Below are positions 55,787-64,000 of a stretch of DNA of 64,000 nucleotides, piece after piece. Origin of the DNA: Felis catus (lineage: Eukaryota); the NCBI RefSeq assembly GCF_018350175.1, contig NC_058373.1, forward strand, positions 107,138,001 to 107,202,000. Reading direction: 5' to 3'. The first letter of the stretch is position 1; every line of letters begins with the position of its first letter. The position numbers and the translations under genes are program-made. Under the pieces are notes generated by a model. It was not told where the DNA came from, did not search any database, and saw nothing but the letters and a program-made list of their open reading frames with translations.

Positions 55787-57149
55787 TGCAATGCTGGCCT
55801 ATTTTACTGCGATAGAATGAGAGATGTCCTGCAATTTCAGCCCCATCATCTGTTATTTTGTGTATATGTGGAGAATGTTTAGTAAAACTGCACAAACAAA
55901 TAAAGCTGTAATTATCTTAAGCCTCATTTGCACACCTTGTTCCAAAGCAATTATTAAAAAGATTTTGAAAACAATTAGCGTCTCTAAACAAAGATAATCT
56001 ATTGTCAGTAGCTGAGACTGGCAGGAGATAAGAACAATGCTGGGAGATAAGGAGAGCAGAATGGTGGAAGGAGAGTGACTTTATAACTATACTTATCTCT
56101 GATTAGATAAGTTCAAAACAGAATTTTAAGTACACTTCAAAAATGCTTTTGATTTAAATGCACCCTCTTAGTGAATGTGAAGAACAGACTCTAGGCTCTT
56201 TAAACTTGCTTGTCTTCTTTAAATATGTTTTGAGTCCACGAGCCAGAGCCCAGCTCCACAGAACCATTTACATATTGAGACATAAGTGGGAGAAGGAACA
56301 CCGCGGAAGTTTCCCCCTATGTAATGTATATGGTTTTAAAATAATGTGCCCAGTTCAGTGCACCCCGCAATATATATTTTAAACTCATGAAGCGTTTCAC
56401 CCTCCTGGCTGTCTCTCCAGAGATTCGGAGTAGAGAGAAGCTGCTTCTCCCCCAAACTCCCACACACAATGCATTTTGCATCCTTAAAAGTCTGCAGTAT
56501 CCCGTGCAATTAGACGTTGGAAATAGATGCTGACATTTCATTACCTTTAGGGTTATTTTTTAAATGCATTTAATGGGTGCATAGTATTTCAAAAGAGCCC
56601 CTACCACATGGTGCGCCCAATGACTTACTTTCTAAACTGGAAGCCTGGCACGCCTGAGCCCAAGCCCATGTGTCTGGTAATTTTCCCTCGCCGTCTTATT
56701 TTAGTGCTCATGATGTTTCAGATGAAGTCTTAAGGAGCTGCAGTGTCCTGCCAGAAGGAACGTCTCTGCTTGGAATAGTCCTTATTGACATGGCAGCTGT
56801 GTGAAGACCGGAACGGAGGTTTAAACTCCGCTCTAAACATCAGTTAATACCCTCAAGTCTGGAGCAAGTGCGCAGAATTAAAATGTGTGTGTAGGGGGTG
56901 GAGGGTCTGTAAGCACAGCCGCCTGTCTTTAAAGACAAACGGTAAGTTGAGTGTGGGGTGGACTTCATAATGAACAATTTTGTATAAGGAAATGAGGCAT
57001 AGCTTGGACAAATAAGGGCAGGTATAAATTTACAGGGGAGGATGAGGAGCAGAAAGGCGGCAATTAGACACCAATATGACCACCTTTTTTTCCGCTTCCT
57101 CCAGACCTCTCTGCCCACTTCTTTTCATCTTTCTTCAAAAGGAACAAAG

Positions 57150-58800
57150 ACGCGATAGACGTTGGCGACGACTGGGGAGACGACTGTGTGGGTGCCGCGA
57201 TTGCGGGCACCGGGGTTGATGAGCTGTGGTGCTAGTCCTCAGAGGCCGCGCTCGGGCCAGCCAGCATTTCTCCTTGCGTTTAATCCAACAGATCGCGTAA
57301 CTAGAAAGGAGAAGTGCTATTCGCTTTGCACCAATGAGCCTACCTGCTATTTCGATCCCATGGTTAGGGAAACCAATTGTTATAAATGTTAATTGTTGGC
57401 TCGGATATATAAGGTTTCCCAAAATGGAGCCTTTCAGTGAAAACCACTAAAAGAGGTAAAATGACATGAATTTACAAACCACATAAACCAAATGATCCAT
57501 TTTAAATCGCACACAGAAAGGTTTGAGTTGTTCTAGTAACTTAAAACCTTTGCTGTCAATGCAAATCACACGAAAAACAGAGATGCGTCGGAGATTTAAA
57601 GGGAACGAGCAACTATAGCCGCTGCCCTTGCTGCTTCTCGGCGGCTCCCGAGGGTAACGCGGGTGGCGAGGGGAGCCCGACGCCAGGTTTCGGAGCTTCT
57701 GTGCCTCCTCTTTGCAGGTAACCGCCACGCGCGCACAACTGGTTTATGGAAAAGGCCAATGCACTAGTTGCTGGTGGGATTTCTCGGCGGGATCGATATA
57801 AGGCCTCAGCTCAAAAATTTCTGTGTGGAACCCACTTGTTTCTCTTATGGCTTGGAGAGAGATGCACTGGGTCTCCCGGCCCTGCTTTCTCGGAATTCCT
57901 TTGCCTTCAAGAACCACAGCGGGGATCCTACTCTACCTACAGATACTTGGAAGGAAAGAGCATCGAGAGGTGCTTCTTCAATAAATTAGCGTCGTCGCCC
58001 TAGGGCAGTGAGGAGACTCCCCAAATCCTGGCTGAAGTGACAACATTCATCTTTTTCCTCCGCTTGGTCGGAAACTCCGGGTGCCCTCGACCCTTGGGAT
58101 CCCGGGATCCGACGGCCAGCGCGGCGCCGCGGCGGGAGAAGCCGCCCACCTGCCTCCTGGGGGGACGCTGCTCCCCGCGAGGTCTGAATAGGCCGAGGGC
58201 TCAGGCAGGGAGATTTGCGGACCCCGAGAAGAGAAACTCAAAACCAGTCCATTAGTAAATGAGTTTTGTGTTGTCAAGGTTCTTTCCCATCCACTTGCTG
58301 TTCTGAAAAATAGATCACGTTTCGTTATCTTTAGTGGGAATCTGCAACGTGACACCGGATCCGCGCGGCCCCCGCCTCTCTGCCTCCCTCCCTTCCAGGC
58401 TCGTTCGGCGGGGCCAAGGGGAGCCGGTCGGCCTCCTCGGCTTGTTCCCGAACAATGAAGATTTGTCTGTTCCCCTAATATATTTATATATGTAAGGAGG
58501 GAGAGAGTTTTCTCCTGGAAGCGGGAAGCCGCGAGTGGAGCCTCCCGCTTCCTTGGTGAGAAAACCCAGCGCCAGCCCACGACGCCGGGAGACCGCCGCC
58601 CCCCGCCCACACCTGGACAAACAGAGCGGGCTTCGAGCCCGGCTTGCTGCTAAAAACCCTGCCGCCCCGCGCGGCTCCTGGAAATACAGGCTCCGCATTG
58701 TCCCGGGGTCGGGGAAAGGAAAGAGAGAAAGGCTAGTACTGAGAGACAGCGCTGCGAGGGAAGTCAGATTGGAGGACAGAGCTGGGGTGTGTGCCTGGGG
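57150..58800. promoter_or_regulatory. Upstream CpG-rich regulatory region
   Basis: CpG-rich blocks alternate with AT-rich motif-dense blocks; no TEs seen. Confidence 0.65.
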
Positions 58801-58999
58801 GTTTACCGGCCCCTCTGTGTGCATCCCCCTCCGCGTCTGCTCTCTCTCGGTCTCTCTAACTTATTGTCTCTTTTCGATCTGGAAGAGGAAACTCGTTTAT
58901 TTTGTGTGCCAACCTGGTCTGTCATTTCTCTTCCATTCTCTTTCCTCTGCCCCATCCTCTCTCCCTCTTTCCCTCACTCTCATTCTCCTTGTCTCTTGT

Positions 59000-59024
59000 T
59001 TCTCTCTGTCTCTCTGTCTCTCTG

Positions 59025-59083
<59 letters not shown>
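59000..59083. repeat. Compound (CT/CTGT)n-(CA)n microsatellite
   Basis: Read directly from the sequence. Confidence 0.95.
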
Positions 59084-59084
<1 letters not shown>

Positions 59085-60559
59085 CCTTCTGGATCTCTTT
59101 CTTTCTCTCTCTCCGGTTCCCTTCCGCAAGGCTCGGGGCGCCTGCGCCTGTCTCCTACTGCCGCGGACCTGAGGTTTCACAGACAGAGGGTGCTGGCGCA
59201 GGGCGAGTGAACTCTCAAGTCCGGGCAGGGGCGTCGAGCTCAGCCTGCAGACGAGCTACGCTGAGTGGTGGCATGGTCAAAAGGTGGGAGAGCCGGTGGG
59301 TAGGGCGGGAGAAGTGGGTTGGCCACCTGGAGGACAGGGGCCGACTTTAGCTCAGTTCTGAGAAGGCTGTGGCTCAGGAGCTCACCAATGTTCACATTTG
59401 ACCCAGAAGATGCCACTCAACCTCGGATGCCAAACGCCTTTCTAGAAAGTGACGGAGAGTGTTGTAAGAATCCCTTCTTAAGAATTTAGGACATTCTTGT
59501 CACTTTCTCTTATTAATATCGACTTAGGGCAAATTTGCCAAAAAAATACCATCCGAGAGTCCTTATCTTCCATGGAATTTCCAATCAACTTTTTTCCTCA
59601 ACTAATGTACATCCTGAATACCGCATCTGTCTAAGCTAAGAAGAATTTCCTTTTGGGAGGTGAAAGCCTGCAGCTCCTCCTGTTCAGAGGAAAGTGCTAG
59701 TGACGGTAATGCAGGGTGACACTAAATAAACAGTTAGGGTGGACTGGAAAGATGGAGTTAATTATCCAGTGAGCTGCGTTTCAGCCCAGACCATCAGGGG
59801 CTGATTTGTTTTGGCTCATAGTCCGAGGAAGGAGACAAACCACTCTCTTCCATACATCTCTTAGGGATCCTGATCGCTGATGTCTCAAACAAAACAAAAA
59901 CCAAAACCACTACTCAGGTATCACTATTTCAATTAAAATTTGGTTTATTACTCCTCTGCAGACTCTGCAGAAAATGTCCACTCCATTACCACCTAGCCCT
60001 GGAGAGAAGACCCAAAGTGACCCAAAATTGCACTCCCTAAATCTTTTTTTTTTTTTTTTTTTGGAGGCCCTTTGGTAAGGAAAGTGGACATCTAGCACCC
60101 CCTCCCCATCTCTTCACTTAAATTCTCACAATTTTATGTAACTACATGTTAATAAAAACTAAGACGTGGGCCTGGATTTCACGATGGTTTTCCTCCTCCA
60201 CCCCCCCCCCAAATCAGGCCTCGTGAAATTTTAGATGCAATTAGATTTATTGTTTGCGTGATTCACTGACTATCCGGTTTCTTCAGGTAAGCCTGCACTT
60301 ATATATAAATCCTAGTAACTTAAAACTTCCCTCTCCCCACTTTACTCTTCTCTCCCTCCCCTCTACCTCCCTCCCACCTCCCTCCCACCTCCCCGCCACA
60401 TTCTGATATTAATAATCCCCGGCTGCCCCTCTTTCCGGGTCATTACGGTACTGCTGGTCTCTAATCAATCCTAATGCGATGGCAATTGGAGTCCCTGATG
60501 ACTGCGGCTCGGGTTTCTTGTAATGGCTCTACCACATTTTCCTGGACCTCCTCCTTTAA

Positions 60560-63200
60560 CCTGAGATGCCAGGGGGACGAGTCCCTTCTCGGCTGCTGAT
60601 TACTTCAAGATGTGGGGGCTGGTTTGAGCAGAAGGAGAAAGAGACACGCGCACAGCGTGGCTACCACTGTGGGCTGAGCCTCTGGGGTGAGCAAGGCGTC
60701 TGCGCAACGGGTGCCCTCACCCGAACGCCTTTTGCTACTCCCTTTTTTCTTTTCTCCCCATTTTCCAGGTCCAAACTCACCCTCGCGGGCAAAGAGGAAG
60801 ATTCTTAAAACGCTTTCTTTTTTCTTTTTCCTCGTGCGGAGATGCTTCATGGTCTCTGGGCCTCTACAGTTCTCGAGGGTTCCCAAAATGCAGTGCCTGC
60901 CTGGCTCCCAGACTAGGCCTGACCCTCGCTCAGAAGTGAACGCCTCTCCCCATTCTTCAGAGCCAACTCCCCTTTCCTGCTGGTTATTTTCTCCCAGTAC
61001 AATCCCCCCCCCCCCCAATTTTAGTGTACTTATCCCTAAGAAGAACAGGAGTCTTCCCCATCTTCCTCGCTGACCCTCGACGTCTATTTCCTTCCTCACT
61101 CCAGTAGTGCCTGAAACTCTCAACCCGTTCCTGATCCAAAGCTGAGGCCAATCCTGCCAGGAAGGTTCATCGCTCACAACCTTTAGCCTCTAGAGACAAA
61201 GGTCCAATACTTCGTTCTGGCTGGTGCCATTGGGAGAGACAACCGAGAGTGGGGAACCTCCTTCTCCCCTTTCGATAGCTCGCTCGCTTCCCCAACCCTG
61301 GTCCAGGCCCCGCAGCTGGGAGATCAGCACGTTCGCGGCATTTGTATTCTTCCATTTCTCAGCCTAAAGCCATTTAGCCGTAACCCGAGCCCAGGATAAT
61401 TGCCACGTTTCTGCCGCGATACTTCTAAAAACAAGATAATGCTTCTGAATTGCGGAAGAAAGTGCTGTGGACAAATTGGGCGCTGAGCTGCCGAGATGGA
61501 TCGCTTTGTTAGGGGCGGCCGGTGGTTTGTGACTCAATTAGTGCATTTCTGGGAGCTGCTTGCGCTCTGGAGCCGGGTCAGCAAGAGACCAACTACGCCT
61601 GTCTCTCCCGGGCGCAAGAAGAGTTTGGAGGGGGGGGGGGTGGTGGGGGCGGTGAAAGTACTTCAGGCCTGTACCGGTCGGTGCAAATCCTGCAATAGGA
61701 AATGTTTTTGCATTCCAACACGAATACATTGTTTGGGTTCTAAAGGATCCGGACTTTTACGGACAGAAGCTTGACTGCCTCTGCTTCGGAATGGGCCGCG
61801 CGGCGTTTGTCTGAAGCACTAGTGCCCTGAGCTGTGCAGAAAGAAATACTGGGTGGAGTGTGCTGAGAAGGTGCCCACTCACCCATGCCCCTCTGCGCGT
61901 CTCGCCCACCCGCCTAGACCTGAATTCTGCCACAATTTTCCCAACATCCGGGCTGTAGCCCTTCAGCAACCCCGCAGGGCGAGGCTTCCAGGCAGCCCGC
62001 AGACCGCGAGGGATGCGTTTAGGGCTTGGAACAAGGCTGTAAGAGCTTTCCTTGCCTCTACCCAAGTTCACTTGCCAACCTCCCATCACCCAGCTTGCAG
62101 GCCCACGTCCACCTTTGGCGGGCCCGTCTTGGGGTCCGGGCTAAGCGACTCTGCCAGGTGCGCGCGCTTCCAAGTCGCCGCGCGCGGGCGCGGAGGAGAG
62201 CTCGCAGCCCCGCCCGCTGGCAGGCAATGCCTAGCCTGGGGAGCCAGGCCTCCCTCGCGTCCAGCCGCCCGCGCCAAGAACCCCTCCCGGAGGCCACGCG
62301 GGAACACTCGGGCGCTGCGTCTACGCCAGGGACAGCTCCGCCCAGTCCTGCAGCCAGAGGTCGCGTGTTCCCGCCGGGCCATCCCCAGGCCCGGACGTGA
62401 GCAGGCCTCGGATCCCGCGGCTGTCTTGGGTTGTTCCCCGCGGCGATTGTTGGGACCAAGAGGCGTAGGGGCGTGAAGTAGGAGGGGACAGGACTGAGGA
62501 GCGCAGGGGCAAGAAGCAAGCGCGGGAAGGTCAGCGGAGCAGGGATGGGGTGCAGGCCGGCGGCGGGCGCGGCTGCAGGAGAGAGAGGGCGCTGTCTTCC
62601 TGGCAAAGGATCACCGGGCTGGCAGGCAGGAACCGAAACAAAAAAAAGAAAAGAAAACCTGCCCGGCTGAGTCGCCGGAGTGAGGGGCGCGCGGCGGGGA
62701 GGGGTTAGGGTGGCAGAGCGCATATTCTCGGCCCACCACCCGGGAACCGCCTGGCCTGCCGTGGCCTTGCCAACGCCTAGTAGCCCCCAGCGGGACACGC
62801 AGGAAAGGGAGCCTTCTTGGGTTCTTTTAGCTTTTCCCACAGTTGCCTTCCTTCAGCGCCATCCTTCCTCGGAAAACTGGAGATGTTGGGTAGGGTAGGT
62901 CGCGCTTCAATGACGATCGAAGTGCCCCCAGTTTCCCCGGCGCGAGCAGGGAGGGGAGCGAATCCGGACCCCTTTTCTCCGAGCGGGGCTGGCTTTTTCG
63001 GTTTCGTGAGTTCCATGGAAGGAAACCGGAAAACCCACCAATCTTCATTTCAATGCGCCGCCGTAGCAAGTGGTCTCACGCGATTTAGCCGCGCCTTGAC
63101 CAGAAACAACGAAGAGAAGACCCTCTTATTTTACTGTCACTAACTAGACGGGGCACACACACTCAGAGACCGGAGGGTCCGGAAGACAATTGCTATCAAC
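60560..63200. promoter_or_regulatory. Upstream CpG island (SIX4 side by known synteny)
   Basis: High CpG density, strongest at 61750-63100; no recognisable CDS. Confidence 0.7.
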
Positions 63201-64000
63201 CATTCCCCACCCAAACCCACAAATCTAAAAACTGGATTTCTGTTAATTCGGGAGAAACTGCTATCCCTCCATTCCAAAAGTACATCCTCTGTCATCTATA
63301 AAGGCCAATGTGTTCTTGTCTTTCCGTGCTCATAATAAACTAGGCAAAGCAAACCAAAAGGATCCCAAACTGCCTCATCTTCTGTCTCGAAAGGTCTCTC
63401 TGTATTAACAGATGTAAAAAGGCCCTCCTGGTTTTTACATAGATAACCAGAAATGAACGTCTCCTTACACGTCTGCCACCAGAGAGTCTCAAGCTCCAGC
63501 CGCCATGTGAATCTCTTGGGGAGTAGCGACTCTCCCATTCCATAGCCCTTCCAGCAGAATTTAGGTGGCCCTGTAGTTCCGTCTTCGGCAACAGAGCAAT
63601 TTCCTAGGAGTAACTGGGTGGGCTGCAATCCGCCTGCCTCTTCACATTGAGAAACGCTTCTCTTGTGGGAACGTCTGTTTCTATTCAGTCGATTTTCTAA
63701 TTTCTTTGATCAGCTTAAATATTTTCTTGGCAAACGGAAATTGACCATGCCATGAATATGATAACAACCTGCTTGGAAAAAAGCTATATTGTTTCCAAGC
63801 GGCAGAAGAAAAAGGGGCGGGGGGAGGAGCTGGCTGTTAGGAATGTCTGTAACAGATTTCTGCACATAACATCTCTGCAGTCTCTGAAGCAGCTTTGTGA
63901 AGCTGCCTTTTCCTTCAATATAGTTTCTTCCCTTTCTCTCCTCCCCTCAGATAAACACACACCTGGTTTCCTAAAAGTCTTTGATAGTCTTTATAAAAAA

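Noticed and set aside
58535..63143. Long ORFs (190-271 aa) in upstream CpG islands
   Set aside because: GC-rich or microsatellite-derived, overlapping in several frames, no domain; not SIX4 sequence.

Overview
Mammalian genomic DNA from a carnivore, almost certainly a felid (dense tRNA-derived Can-SINE/SINEC_Fc-type SINEs and carnivore L1s). The only intact protein-coding gene is the homeobox gene SIX1 on the minus strand: two coding exons (54388-53829 and 51789-51495), 855 nt, 284 aa, one GT-AG intron, a CpG-island promoter near 54.7 kb and a long AU-rich 3' UTR. Positions 1-41,200 are repeat-rich intergenic DNA downstream of SIX1: L1s with clear TSDs, more than 20 SINEs, LTR and DNA-transposon relics, a full-length RPLP1 processed pseudogene and one perfect CTCF core. 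Positions ~42,300-64,000 lack young repeats and hold several CpG islands and motif-dense blocks that look like SIX1 enhancers. I found no new protein-coding system. The best leads are regulatory (candidate placodal and muscle enhancers, SIX autoregulatory sites, 3' UTR miRNA/PUM sites, an oriented CTCF site) and mutational (templated-insertion scars, one of which creates four HRE cores, and a retrotransposon target site used twice). Repeat family names and enhancer identities were assigned by eye and need RepeatMasker or alignment confirmation.
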